The notes beneath the pieces are model-generated. The model was not told where the DNA came from, did not search any database, and was given only the letters and a program-made list of their open reading frames with translations. Shown one piece after another: positions 9,580 through 19,435 of a stretch of DNA of 64,000 bases. Every line of letters begins with the position of its first letter. The stretch's first letter is position 1. Source of the DNA: an uncultured virus (IMG/VR IMGVR_UViG_3300044971_002243) (lineage: Duplodnaviria > Heunggongvirae > Uroviricota > Caudoviricetes); the IMG/VR virus record IMGVR_UViG_3300044971_002243; one strand, given 5' to 3'. The translations under genes and the position numbers were made by a program.

Positions 9580-11373
9580 ATGGTAGATGTCAGCAGTGTT
9601 AAAATAGACCTAGAGAGAGATAAATTATTCGATGAACTCGGAACCAAAAGACTTAAAGAATCATATATGCGAGAGACTGAATCAAGTCCTCAAGAAAGAT
9701 TTGCATTCGTATCCGCTGCCTTTGCAAGTAATGATGCTCATGCTCAGAGGTTGTATGATTACAGTAGTAAGCATTGGCTTTCTTATTCTACTCCTATCTT
9801 GTCTTTTGGCCGTAGTAAGCGTGGCTTGCCTATTAGTTGTTTTCTCCCCTATCTTGATGATAGTGCAGAAGGTCTTGTCAATACGCTGGCAGAGGTAAAT
9901 TGGTTATCAATGTTAGGAGGAGGAGTTGGAATTGGTCTTGGTATTCGTTCTGCTGATGATAAGTCTGTTGGTATTATGCCTCACTTGCGTACCTATGATG
10001 CATCTTCTTTGGCTTATAGACAGGGCAGGACTCGTCGTGGTTCTTATGCCGCTTATCTTGATATCAGCCATCCTGATATTCTTATATTTTTAGAAATGCG
10101 TAAGCCGACAGGCGACCAGAATATGCGTTGTCTGAATTTACATCATGGAATTAATATCACAGATGATTTTATGCATTTGATTGAAAAAGCAATGCTTGAC
10201 CCACTTGTAGATGATACGTGGGAATTGAAAGACCCACACTCCGGTGAAGTGAGAGATAAAATATCTGCACGTGAATTGTGGCAACGTATTCTTGAGACAA
10301 GAATGTTGACTGGTGAACCATACATCCACTTTATTGATACAAGTAATCGTATGATGCCAGAATTTCAAAAGAAAAAAGGTCTGAGCATCAAACAATCAAA
10401 TCTATGCAGTGAAATTATTTTACCTACAGACAAAGAGAGAACAGCGGTGTGTTGTCTTTCGTCTGTCAATTTGGAGTATTATGATGAATGGAAAGATGAC
10501 AAACTTTTTCTTCGGGACATGGCGGAGATGCTTGATAACGTACTTCAGCACTTTATTGACAATGCTCCTGATGCTATTAGCCGAGCCAGGTTCTCTGCTA
10601 TCCAAGAGCGCAGCATTGGTGTGGGGGCTCTTGGTTTCCATGCTTATCTACAAAAAAATAATATACCATTTGAATCGGCGTTAGCAACAAGTGCAAACAA
10701 TAAAATTTTTAAACACATTAGAGAGAAATTAGATGAAGCGAATTTGCAGTTGGGTTCTGAACGAGGTGAAGCACCGGATGCTAGAGGCACCGGTTTACGT
10801 TTCAGCCATCTTATGGCCATTGCTCCTAATGCTTCTAGCTCTATTATCATGGGGAATACTAGCCCTTCTGTTGAGCCTTATCGTGCCAATGCCTATAGAC
10901 AAGATACTCTTTCTGGAGCCTATCTAAACAAAAACAAATTCTTAGATAAAATTATCAAGGAGAAATGTGATGCAGACAAATCATTGGATTATCAAGAAAT
11001 CTGGTCATCTATTATTGCAAACGACGGTTCCGTCCAGCATTTGGAATTCTTGGATGAATGGACCAAAGATGTCTACAAAACTGGTATGGAAATTGACCAA
11101 CGATGGGTTGTGGACCACGCAGCTAACAGACAAAATTACATTGACCAAGCGCAATCCATTAACATCTTTTTTAGACCTGATGTAAATGTAAAGTATCTTC
11201 ATGCTGTACACTTTCAAGCATGGAAGCAAGGACTCAAAACACTTTACTATTGCCGTAGTGAGAAGCTTGCAAAAGCAGACAAGGTATCTAAAAAGATTGA
11301 ACGTGAAATCATTCAAGAAATTGATTTGAAGCAATTGGTGAATGAAGATGTTTGTATTGCATGTGAAGGATAA
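9580..11373 (+). CDS. nrdA: ribonucleotide reductase class I alpha subunit (no ATP cone)
   Basis: SCF, SNLCSEI, APNASSS, KTLYYCR and C-terminal CIACEG motifs. Confidence 0.95.
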   Translation: MVDVSSVKIDLERDKLFDELGTKRLKESYMRETESSPQERFAFVSAAFASNDAHAQRLYDYSSKHWLSYSTPILSFGRSKRGLPISCFLPYLDDSAEGLVNTLAEVNWLSMLGGGVGIGLGIRSADDKSVGIMPHLRTYDASSLAYRQGRTRRGSYAAYLDISHPDILIFLEMRKPTGDQNMRCLNLHHGINITDDFMHLIEKAMLDPLVDDTWELKDPHSGEVRDKISARELWQRILETRMLTGEPYIHFIDTSNRMMPEFQKKKGLSIKQSNLCSEIILPTDKERTAVCCLSSVNLEYYDEWKDDKLFLRDMAEMLDNVLQHFIDNAPDAISRARFSAIQERSIGVGALGFHAYLQKNNIPFESALATSANNKIFKHIREKLDEANLQLGSERGEAPDARGTGLRFSHLMAIAPNASSSIIMGNTSPSVEPYRANAYRQDTLSGAYLNKNKFLDKIIKEKCDADKSLDYQEIWSSIIANDGSVQHLEFLDEWTKDVYKTGMEIDQRWVVDHAANRQNYIDQAQSINIFFRPDVNVKYLHAVHFQAWKQGLKTLYYCRSEKLAKADKVSKKIEREIIQEIDLKQLVNEDVCIACEG

Positions 11374-11383
11374 TGCGTGAATC

Positions 11384-12025
11384 ATGAGCAAAACAATTGC
11401 TTTGTTTGTTCAACATCCTAAATGTTCAGTGCAGTCGTGTAATGGTGTAATCAAAGCCCTTGGTGATGATTACACATATAAATTATTTACTAAACATGAA
11501 ATCGAAGACGACTTTTTTAATTCTGTGGACCTCGTATGTTTTCCTGGCGGTGTCGGTGATAGTGATGCTTATGACACATATTTCAAGTCTCATGGGCATC
11601 TTATCGCCAACTACATCAAAAATGGTGGAAGATATCTTGGTATCTGTATGGGTGCCTATTGGGCTGGGCCTGATTACTTTAATTTTTTGTACGGAGCACA
11701 ACCCGTCCAATATATTAAAAGACCCAACACATGCACAAGACGTTCATACTCAAAAGCAGTGGAATGTAACTGGAATGGCAAAACAGACAGATTCTTCTTT
11801 TACGATGGACCTGCGTTTATCGGAAATCCAGAATACTACGATGTTGTCGCAAGATACGCAAATGGTGATGCGGCAGCAATTATACAAGGACGTGTAGGTT
11901 TGATTGGTCCGCATTTAGAAGCTGAAGAATATTGGTATAGTAAACCATACTTACATAGACATTGGAATAACAATCAACACCACAGTCTATTAAAAGAATT
12001 TGTTGACAGATTGTTGGAGAAATAA
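11384..12025 (+). CDS. BPL_N / class I glutamine amidotransferase-like protein
   Basis: FPGG...GGRYLGICMGAY...PHLE. Confidence 0.75.
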   Translation: MSKTIALFVQHPKCSVQSCNGVIKALGDDYTYKLFTKHEIEDDFFNSVDLVCFPGGVGDSDAYDTYFKSHGHLIANYIKNGGRYLGICMGAYWAGPDYFNFLYGAQPVQYIKRPNTCTRRSYSKAVECNWNGKTDRFFFYDGPAFIGNPEYYDVVARYANGDAAAIIQGRVGLIGPHLEAEEYWYSKPYLHRHWNNNQHHSLLKEFVDRLLEK

Positions 12026-12026
12026 T

Positions 12027-12206
12027 ATGATAGGTGAAATATTAGTGTGGGGCTTTTTTTCAGCAATAGGTTGGATGACTGCAAACTGGACCGTTGATAA
12101 AATTATGCCAGAGAAAACAGAAACACAAATTTGTTCTGATTGGAAAGAAGAACGTCAATCAGACGGCACAATTCAACGAACAAGAACATGTGAGCCAAAG
12201 AAATAA
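12027..12206 (+). CDS. small membrane protein
   Basis: GGAG SD and hydrophobic N-terminus. Confidence 0.5.
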   Translation: MIGEILVWGFFSAIGWMTANWTVDKIMPEKTETQICSDWKEERQSDGTIQRTRTCEPKK

Positions 12207-12207
12207 T

Positions 12208-12462
12208 ATGTGGGCTTACATTTTTACATTTCTAAGTATGTTTGTTACGGACATCGTATACACACAATTACTCAAATCTGTTCAGAATGATAGACCTCTT
12301 GCATCGAGTATATGGGCATCACTCATAACATTTCTTGGTGGTGTAGCAATCATCAATTACACCAGCAATAACATGATGATTATACCTGCAATACTAGGAG
12401 CATTTTGTGGCACATACGTCGGAATGAAATTTCACTTACACGAGAAAAAATGGCACATTTAG
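12208..12462 (+). CDS. small multi-TM membrane protein
   Basis: Three hydrophobic segments. GAFCGTYVG. Confidence 0.55.
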   Translation: MWAYIFTFLSMFVTDIVYTQLLKSVQNDRPLASSIWASLITFLGGVAIINYTSNNMMIIPAILGAFCGTYVGMKFHLHEKKWHI

Positions 12463-13091
12463 TCGCAAACATACCACCAGTACACTGTTACATTCGTAAA
12501 GAATTTCTTTATGATTTTCAAAAAGGTCACGGAGAATATGAGCCTTGCATATGGGTATCAATTAAAAGTATTCGTGGTCAAGCATTTAGAATAGAAAGTT
12601 ACTTACCAAACTATGGCGCAGTTTATGACAAACTACCTCTCCATGCGTTTGTATCACGCTCAGAGAATCTTGACCCTAAGAAGTTTTTACCTTTAGATAC
12701 ATTGCAAATATGGGATTGTTTCAGTTATGATTTTACAGTGATACAAAAAGCTTTTTTACGTAATCTATCTGCAAAATTTTATGCCAAAGATAAACAGTTT
12801 TATCAAGGTAATTATTTGTTCACGGTTGATCACTCAGCGCCAGATTTGAATGTCATTGACACAAGTTATGCTGAATGGCCAGAAGACCATAAAAGTTTTA
12901 ATTTTATCGAACTAGATAATGGACAATATGCTGCACAGCCAAACAACCGTTGTTTGTTTTTAGATGCAGCAAGCAATCCTAAACAGTTGAAATTTCCTGA
13001 TTTTAAAGTATGCACAAAGAAATATGTTGTTGAACAAAATCCAAAATGGGCATTAGGTGATACAGACACTGTAATGTACGAAAAGGAGTAA
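12450..13091 (+). CDS. conserved phage hypothetical protein
   Basis: Long ORF in the operon with QIWDCFSY and GQYAAQPNNR motifs. Confidence 0.7.
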   Translation: MAHLVANIPPVHCYIRKEFLYDFQKGHGEYEPCIWVSIKSIRGQAFRIESYLPNYGAVYDKLPLHAFVSRSENLDPKKFLPLDTLQIWDCFSYDFTVIQKAFLRNLSAKFYAKDKQFYQGNYLFTVDHSAPDLNVIDTSYAEWPEDHKSFNFIELDNGQYAAQPNNRCLFLDAASNPKQLKFPDFKVCTKKYVVEQNPKWALGDTDTVMYEKE

Positions 13092-13092
13092 C

Positions 13093-13356
13093 ATGATGAA
13101 GATGTACATCAACATGCTTGTATTTGTAATTTTAATTACCATTTCAATGAGCATAGGAGATATAGTTGGTATCATTATTTGTGGTATTGGCTTTTTAATT
13201 ATGATGGTTTATATTGAAGAACTTGAAGACATCGAGCAAAGTTCAAAGATACACGAACTTGAAAAAAAATTTAAACAGGAGGAGTTATGGCAAAGCAAAG
13301 AAGTGACTCAAATGCACACAAATCGGTCGAAAAAAGAACGAAGCAAGGTGGATTGA
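13093..13356 (+). CDS. hypothetical membrane protein
   Basis: AGGAG SD and hydrophobic N-terminus. Confidence 0.5.
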   Translation: MMKMYINMLVFVILITISMSIGDIVGIIICGIGFLIMMVYIEELEDIEQSSKIHELEKKFKQEELWQSKEVTQMHTNRSKKERSKVD

Positions 13357-13424
13357 TTAGAACTGGCACTATGAATAAAAACGAAAAAAGAACTTTCAAG
13401 CAATACAGAGGACAAGGACGATGA
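13287..13424 (+). CDS. 45-aa basic peptide ending YRGQGR (not in ORF track)
   Basis: Strong SD AGGAGGAG. MAKQRSDSNAHKSVEKRTKQGGLIRTGTMNKNEKRTFKQYRGQGR. Stop overlaps the thioredoxin start (ATGA). Confidence 0.7.
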   Translation: MAKQRSDSNAHKSVEKRTKQGGLIRTGTMNKNEKRTFKQYRGQGR

Positions 13425-13669
13425 AACGCATATTACGATTCACCGCATCATGGTGTAATCCATGCAAATCACTAGCAAGTAATTTATCAGAAGTTGATGC
13501 AAGAATACCTGTTGAAGTTATTGATATAGATGTATATCCTGAAGTTGCAGCAGAATATGGTATACGTAGTGTACCAACTCTTGTTATGTTAAATGAAAAT
13601 ATAGAAGTAAAAAGAGTCGTCGGAGTTAAAACAACAAGAGAACTAAAGGAGTGGGTCTATAATGATTAA
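13421..13669 (+). CDS. thioredoxin
   Basis: WCNPC active site and IRSVPT cis-Pro motif. Confidence 0.9.
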   Translation: MKRILRFTASWCNPCKSLASNLSEVDARIPVEVIDIDVYPEVAAEYGIRSVPTLVMLNENIEVKRVVGVKTTRELKEWVYND

Positions 13670-14654
13670 AAAGCAGCATACAAGATTGACAGATGAAAGA
13701 ACATCATTCAAGCCATTTGCATATCCATGGGCATATGATGCATGGCTAAAACATGAGCAAAGTCACTGGCTTCATAGTGAAGTTCCTATGCTTGAAGATG
13801 TAAAAGATTGGAAAAACAAATTAACACAAGAAGAAAAAAACTTTCTGACGCATATCTTTCGTTTCTTTACACAGGGCGATATTGATGTTGCTGGTGGTTA
13901 TGTCAATAATTATCTGCCATATTTTCCACAACCAGAAGTTCGTATGATGTTGTTGGGTTTTGCTGCACGTGAAGCATTACACATTGCTGCATACTCACAC
14001 TTGATTGAAACATTAGGTATGCCAGATACCACTTATTCGGAGTTTTTAGAATATGAAGCAATGCGTGAAAAACATGATTATGTACTTGGTGTTAGCTCAC
14101 AGAATGGTGATGCTGCTTCTACTGCTACTCATATTGCAGTTTTTAGTGCTTTCACCGAAGGAATGCAGCTATTCAGTTCCTTTATCATGCTACTTAACTT
14201 TGCAAGACAAGGCAAGATGAAGGGTATGGGACAAATCATCACATGGTCCATCGTTGACGAAACACAACACGCTGAGTCAATGATTAAATTATTCCGAACT
14301 TACATAGAAGAGAATAAAGAGATATGGAATGACGACCTCAAATCAAGAATTTATACCATTGCTGAAAAAATGGTTGAACTTGAAGATAAGTTTATTGACT
14401 TGGCATTTGATATGGGCGGCATCAACAATCTTACTTCTGAGGAAGTAAAAACATACATTCGTTATATTGCTGACCGTCGTTTAATTTCTCTTGGACTAAA
14501 AGGTGTATTCAAAGTTAAAAAGAATCCACTGCCATGGGTTGAAGAAATGATTAATGCACCAACACACACCAATTTCTTTGAGAATCGTGCGACCGATTAT
14601 TCAAAGGGTGCTTTATCGGGCAACTGGGACACAGTATGGGGTAAAGCAGCATAA
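13662..14654 (+). CDS. nrdB: ribonucleotide reductase class I beta subunit
   Basis: FFTQGD, EALHIAAYS, DETQH and NFFE motifs. Confidence 0.95.
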   Translation: MIKKQHTRLTDERTSFKPFAYPWAYDAWLKHEQSHWLHSEVPMLEDVKDWKNKLTQEEKNFLTHIFRFFTQGDIDVAGGYVNNYLPYFPQPEVRMMLLGFAAREALHIAAYSHLIETLGMPDTTYSEFLEYEAMREKHDYVLGVSSQNGDAASTATHIAVFSAFTEGMQLFSSFIMLLNFARQGKMKGMGQIITWSIVDETQHAESMIKLFRTYIEENKEIWNDDLKSRIYTIAEKMVELEDKFIDLAFDMGGINNLTSEEVKTYIRYIADRRLISLGLKGVFKVKKNPLPWVEEMINAPTHTNFFENRATDYSKGALSGNWDTVWGKAA

Positions 14655-14711
14655 TACTAAATATAAAGTCTGATTATCTTTTGTGGTCGGACTATTAAAA
14701 AAAATTCTCAA

Positions 14712-14733
14712 TTGTGACAATTCCGTTACGGTT
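14712..14733 (-). promoter_or_regulatory. Pho-box-like site upstream of pstS (reverse orientation)
   Basis: Minus strand CCGTAAC-GGAA-TTGTCAC, two half sites at 11-bp periodicity resembling CTGTCAT repeats. Confidence 0.5.
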
Positions 14734-14767
14734 GAAATGTTTTAGTAGTCTAACCATAGGAGATAAT

Positions 14768-15793
14768 ATGAAGCAGTTTTTAGCATCTATTCTATTAGCA
14801 GTATCTTCGGTCGTATCAGCAGCAGAACTAACTGGCGCTGGTGCGACTTTTCCATTTCCAATCTACAGTAAATGGGCTGAGGCTTACAAAGCACAAACTG
14901 GCATTGGTCTAAACTATCAATCCATCGGTTCAGGTGGTGGTATCAAACAAATCAAATCAAAGACAGTTGACTTTGGTGCGTCTGATATGCCATTGAAGAA
15001 AGAAGAATTGGACAAAGAAGGTCTTGTACAATTTCCAGCAATCATAGGTGGTGTAGTACCAGTCTTCAATCTTGACGGTGTAGCACCAGGTCAATTGAAG
15101 TTGACACCAGAAGTTGTTGCAAACATTCATATGGGTAAAATCACAAAATGGAATGACAAAGCAATTACTGATTTGAATCCTGGTGTGAATCTTCCAGCAT
15201 TAGCAATCACTGTAATTCATCGTGCAGATGGTTCAGGCACTACATTTATCTGGACAAATTTCTTGGGTAAAGCAAACGCAGAGTTTGCAAAAACTGTCGG
15301 TGAAGGTACAGCAGTCAAATGGCCTGTTGGTGTAGGTGGTAAAGGCAATGAGGGCGTTGCAGCACAAGTGCAAAGAATCAAAGGCGCATTTGGATATGTT
15401 GAGTATGCATTTGCAAAGAGAAACAAAATTGCATTTGCACAATTGAAAAATCGTGATGGTGTTTTTGTATTACCTGATGATTCTACATTCAAAGCAGCAG
15501 CAGCAAATGCTGACTGGAACAATGCACCAGGCATGTATTTGTTACTTACATGGCAGACGGGCAAAGATGCATGGCCAGCAACTGGCGCAAGTTTTATCCT
15601 GATGCACAAACAGCAAGCAGACGCACTAACAGGTCGTGCAATTCTCAAATTCTTTGATTGGTCATATAAGAACGGTGGTCAAATGTCAACAGAATTGGAA
15701 TATGTTCACATGCCAGCCGATGTAATTAAATTAGTTCAGGAAAACTGGAAGAAAGACTTCCGTGGTCCAGACAACAACCCAATTTGGAAATAA
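14768..15793 (+). CDS. pstS: phosphate ABC transporter substrate-binding protein
   Basis: Signal peptide. GAGATFP, YQSIGSGGG, DFGASD and RADGSGTT motifs. Confidence 0.95.
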   Translation: MKQFLASILLAVSSVVSAAELTGAGATFPFPIYSKWAEAYKAQTGIGLNYQSIGSGGGIKQIKSKTVDFGASDMPLKKEELDKEGLVQFPAIIGGVVPVFNLDGVAPGQLKLTPEVVANIHMGKITKWNDKAITDLNPGVNLPALAITVIHRADGSGTTFIWTNFLGKANAEFAKTVGEGTAVKWPVGVGGKGNEGVAAQVQRIKGAFGYVEYAFAKRNKIAFAQLKNRDGVFVLPDDSTFKAAAANADWNNAPGMYLLLTWQTGKDAWPATGASFILMHKQQADALTGRAILKFFDWSYKNGGQMSTELEYVHMPADVIKLVQENWKKDFRGPDNNPIWK

Positions 15794-15802
15794 GGATATA
15801 TC

Positions 15803-17209
15803 ATGAAACTATTTAAAAAACTTTCTATTGTAGTTGCACTAGCCGCAGTAATTCCAGCATATGCTGATGAGTATAAGGACACATTGAATATTCTCAGAGA
15901 GAAAAATATTATTACTCAACAAGAGTATAATACTAAACTTAAAGCATATGAAGAGAAAGAAGAAAACAAAAAATTTGCAGAGCAAAGAATTGATAAAGAT
16001 GTTAGTGATTCAGTCAAATACAGACAAGCAAGAGCAAATGACGGTTCAGTTATGGAAAACGGAATCGGATTAAAATCAAAAGATGGTAACAATACCATTC
16101 AGCTTACAGGTCGAGTAAACATGGACTATCGTTACTATACACCAGACTATGGTACAGGGCAGACCACAGATTCATATCAAAACTTAGCTGAAATTCGTCG
16201 TGCAAGATTTGGTGTGCGTGGTCAATTTCAAAAAGACTTCAAGTATGAAATAATTGGTAACTTTGGTAATGATGTTGGTGCATCATCAACATCAACATTG
16301 ATGGATGTGGCTTGGGTAAATTACGCAGCAAATCCTGAAATGCAGTTTCAGTTCGGTCTATTTAAAATGCCTTTCAGTCTTGAGCAGTTGACTAGTTCAA
16401 ACAACATTGATTTTATGGAACGTAGTTTGATTGGTCAAGTTGAGGGTGAATTTATTCCATCAAAAGAAACTGGATTCATGGTGCATGGTGTACCTAAAAC
16501 TGGTTTGACTTATGCTGTTGCGTTGAGCCGTGGTCGTGCAAATAAAGATGCAACAAATGATGGTTTTGATTACATTGGTCGTGTTACCACAAACATTGCT
16601 GAACTAACTGGCAGTAAAGAGTACACTGCTCACTTGGGTGCAGCATATAGTATGGGTGATATTAAGGGTGGAGTAATTCCTGCAAGTGGTAGAACTGAGA
16701 GTAGATCTCAAAGTGCTTTCTTTACTGGCTCCGCATTGAGTGGTGACACTGTTAGAACACGCCAAGGTCTTGAAGCAGCATTTGCATACAAAAGTTTGAA
16801 ACTACAGGGTGAGCAATTTAATTTCAAATATGACCCCACTACAGGTAACAATGTAGAAATTAAAGGTTACTATGTTCAAGCGATGTATAATTTAACAGGT
16901 GAATCTTATAATTATAAAGATGGTGTTTTTAGTGCAGTTAAACCAAACAACCCAACTGACAAGGGTGGTAAAGGTGCTTGGCAAGTTGGTGTACGTATGA
17001 GTGAGTTTGATGCTAGTGACATTACTGTTGCTACTGGTAAAACCAATCGTGCTACTGCTATGACTTATGGACTAACTTGGTTTGCTACTGACAACCTACG
17101 TTTTATGTTAAACTATGTTGATACTAAATTTGATGCTTTAGTTGGTTCTTCGGGTAGTCGTGTAACTGGTGACAAAGCAATCATGTTTAGAAGTCAATTG
17201 AATTTCTAA
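15803..17209 (+). CDS. phosphate-selective porin (OprO/OprP family)
   Basis: Signal peptide. RRARFG, GLFKMPFSLEQLTSS..IDFMERS. C-terminal Phe of a beta-barrel. Directly follows pstS. Confidence 0.85.
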   Translation: MKLFKKLSIVVALAAVIPAYADEYKDTLNILREKNIITQQEYNTKLKAYEEKEENKKFAEQRIDKDVSDSVKYRQARANDGSVMENGIGLKSKDGNNTIQLTGRVNMDYRYYTPDYGTGQTTDSYQNLAEIRRARFGVRGQFQKDFKYEIIGNFGNDVGASSTSTLMDVAWVNYAANPEMQFQFGLFKMPFSLEQLTSSNNIDFMERSLIGQVEGEFIPSKETGFMVHGVPKTGLTYAVALSRGRANKDATNDGFDYIGRVTTNIAELTGSKEYTAHLGAAYSMGDIKGGVIPASGRTESRSQSAFFTGSALSGDTVRTRQGLEAAFAYKSLKLQGEQFNFKYDPTTGNNVEIKGYYVQAMYNLTGESYNYKDGVFSAVKPNNPTDKGGKGAWQVGVRMSEFDASDITVATGKTNRATAMTYGLTWFATDNLRFMLNYVDTKFDALVGSSGSRVTGDKAIMFRSQLNF

Positions 17210-17225
17210 TTCTATTGGTTCTATT

Positions 17226-17249
17226 AAAAGCCCCTTTCGGGGCTTTTTT
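17226..17249 (+). terminator. rho-independent terminator
   Basis: AAAAGCCCC-TTTC-GGGGCTTTTTT. Confidence 0.9.
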
Positions 17250-17290
17250 AATGCTCTAAATAAGTGTTTCAACAACCTAAGGAAGATATC

Positions 17291-17746
17291 ATGAAACGCT
17301 TATTAGCATTTGTCATGGTAACACTTTTGTCTTTTTCGGTTTATGCAGAGACTGAACAGTTTGAATTAAATTTTCAAAATAATAGAATAATTCATGATGA
17401 TTCAGATTGGGAATTCCTGGCTCACGAACACACATATAAATTCTCTATGGTTAAAAATTTCTACAAATTGGACCAAGATAATTTTTTGATTCATTCTTAT
17501 GTTCAGTTTGATGAGCCTTATAATTATGCATCTTTTTCTGAACCAACAGACAAGATATATACGATGGGTGTTTTAAGTTGTTCAAGAAAAGCCATAATGC
17601 TTCTTCGTCAAATATATGTGAAGAAAGACGGAGAAATACAAGCGATTCAACCCATTCAACCAAATCAATACATATCAGAAGTTGAAGCGCCAGAAACAGC
17701 AAGGCATCAGATGTATTTGAAAATATGTTCAGGAGAAATTGTATGA
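17291..17746 (+). CDS. secreted hypothetical protein
   Basis: AAGGA SD and signal peptide. Confidence 0.6.
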   Translation: MKRLLAFVMVTLLSFSVYAETEQFELNFQNNRIIHDDSDWEFLAHEHTYKFSMVKNFYKLDQDNFLIHSYVQFDEPYNYASFSEPTDKIYTMGVLSCSRKAIMLLRQIYVKKDGEIQAIQPIQPNQYISEVEAPETARHQMYLKICSGEIV

Positions 17747-18189
17747 GAAAATTTTATGCAGCAGTAGGATTTTTATTTTTATGTTTATTATTGCCAGCAC
17801 ATGCACAAAAGGCACCACAGGGCGTAATGTATGATGCACAAATTTTACGTGTAAGTGATGGTGATACTGTTGTTATTGCAGCCACATTTTTACCAGCACC
17901 ATTAAAGCCAGAACTTGCTGTTCGTATCTACGGTGTAGATACACCAGAAAAAGGTCATCGTGCCCAATGCCCGCAAGAAAACGAAAGAGGTTTACTTGCA
18001 TCAAAATTCACAAATAATGCAGTTGCAAAATCAACCAAACGTCAAGTTGTTCTGTATGGTTGGGACAAATTCGGTGGTCGTGTTTTGGGAGACATCATTT
18101 TAGATGGACAAAGTTTGAGAGGAATGCTAATTCAAAATGGCTTTGCACGTGAGTATTTCGGTGAAGCGAAACAATCATGGTGTAACTAA
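17743..18189 (+). CDS. thermonuclease (SNase-like), secreted
   Basis: DGDT, RIYGVDTPE and DKFGGRVL motifs. Signal peptide. Confidence 0.9.
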   Translation: MRKFYAAVGFLFLCLLLPAHAQKAPQGVMYDAQILRVSDGDTVVIAATFLPAPLKPELAVRIYGVDTPEKGHRAQCPQENERGLLASKFTNNAVAKSTKRQVVLYGWDKFGGRVLGDIILDGQSLRGMLIQNGFAREYFGEAKQSWCN

Positions 18190-18191
18190 TC

Positions 18192-18356
18192 ATGCACATT
18201 AAGCATACTTGTTCCGCATGTTCATCTGAATTTGGTATATCCTACGATGAAATGTATACCGAATCCGACCCAAACTTTTGTCCATTCTGTGGTGAATATC
18301 TAATTCTTGATGAAGATGATTTCAACGAAGATGATTCTGATGAAGAGTCGCTATGA
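18192..18356 (+). CDS. small zinc-ribbon protein with acidic tail (not in ORF track)
   Basis: CSAC...CPFCG followed by a D/E-rich tail. Confidence 0.7.
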   Translation: MHIKHTCSACSSEFGISYDEMYTESDPNFCPFCGEYLILDEDDFNEDDSDEESL

Positions 18357-18769
18357 CATGGTACTACGATGGTGTGCCATTTGATGACGATGGTACATCA
18401 TTTGGTTTTGTGTATCTAATAGAGAACCTAACAAACAACAGGAAATATATTGGACGCAAATACTTTAGCAAAGCTGGTTACAAGCAAGTCAACGGTAAAA
18501 GAAAAAAAGTTAGAAAAGCCAGTGACTGGGAAAACTATTACGGTTCCAACGAAACACTTAAAAGAGAAGTTGCCGAACTAGGTGAACATAATTTTCGTCG
18601 GACAATTTTACACTTATGTAAAACTCGGTCTGAGTGTTCCTATTGGGAGACGTTCGAGATATTTTCCAGACATGCATTGTTGGACGAATCCTTTTACAAC
18701 GATTGGGTATCGGCTAAGATACGCAAAGCCCACCTAAAAAATGTGCGGTTGCAGCATAAAACTACATAA
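18353..18769 (+). CDS. GIY-YIG nuclease
   Basis: GFVYLIENL...KYIGRK, YYGS and YN motifs. Confidence 0.85.
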   Translation: MTWYYDGVPFDDDGTSFGFVYLIENLTNNRKYIGRKYFSKAGYKQVNGKRKKVRKASDWENYYGSNETLKREVAELGEHNFRRTILHLCKTRSECSYWETFEIFSRHALLDESFYNDWVSAKIRKAHLKNVRLQHKTT

Positions 18770-18957
18770 ATAAGATTGACGGTGCCCGATGGGACTAGTC
18801 AATTTTATAGGAGAGTAGTTTTGTTTAAGAAAATAATTGAGTGGTTTACGAAACCTCAAATTACGGAAATTGAGTATTACATCGCCTCAAAAAATCCGAA
18901 ATCACCTGCCGATGTAGAACAGCTTATTCAAGAGTTCAATCAAAAAAGGAGACTACA

Positions 18958-19218
18958 ATGTTTTTAAATCAACCACAATTTCCAACATTCTATACTTGGA
19001 ACGATATTCAGCGTAAATCAGAAGCTATTGCCATCAAAACTGTTGACTTTAACAAGAGTTTAGTAGATAATACTCTAAGCTTCATTGATGATATCACAGA
19101 AAAGAATTTTACTACATATACGAAGAAAGCACTTAACTTCAATCAAAATGTAGCGGAAGATGCGAAAAAAATCATCAAATCAGAGATTATCTCAGAAAAC
19201 AAAGGAACTAAGTCTTGA
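18958..19218 (+). CDS. hypothetical helical protein
   Basis: AGGAGA SD and amphipathic helix pattern. Confidence 0.5.
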   Translation: MFLNQPQFPTFYTWNDIQRKSEAIAIKTVDFNKSLVDNTLSFIDDITEKNFTTYTKKALNFNQNVAEDAKKIIKSEIISENKGTKS

Positions 19219-19435
19219 TATTGCACATAAGACTAAATTCTGGCAAGCAGTAAAACGAAACGGTTGGTGGATTAAATTTTCCACTTACCGTGACCATTAT
19301 ATATTGCTGATGGTTATATCAATGCATACATGTCAAACAATAGTTCGATATTATGAAAATGAGCAAGAAGCTGTTCAGTTTATAAATTTCATTACATCAT
19401 GTGACCCACAATCAATTTTTCAATCGGCTTAAATT

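Noticed and set aside
9580..14654. Introns or inteins in nrdA/nrdB
   Set aside because: Both ORFs are continuous and compact, with no insertion or intein motifs.
18353..18769. GIY-YIG gene as a mobile homing endonuclease
   Set aside because: It is a short single-domain protein without an evident DNA-binding extension or interrupted host gene. More likely a resident nuclease.
18958..19218. Possible phasin (PHA granule protein)
   Set aside because: Only a generic amphipathic helix pattern is seen, with no recognisable motif. Left as hypothetical.
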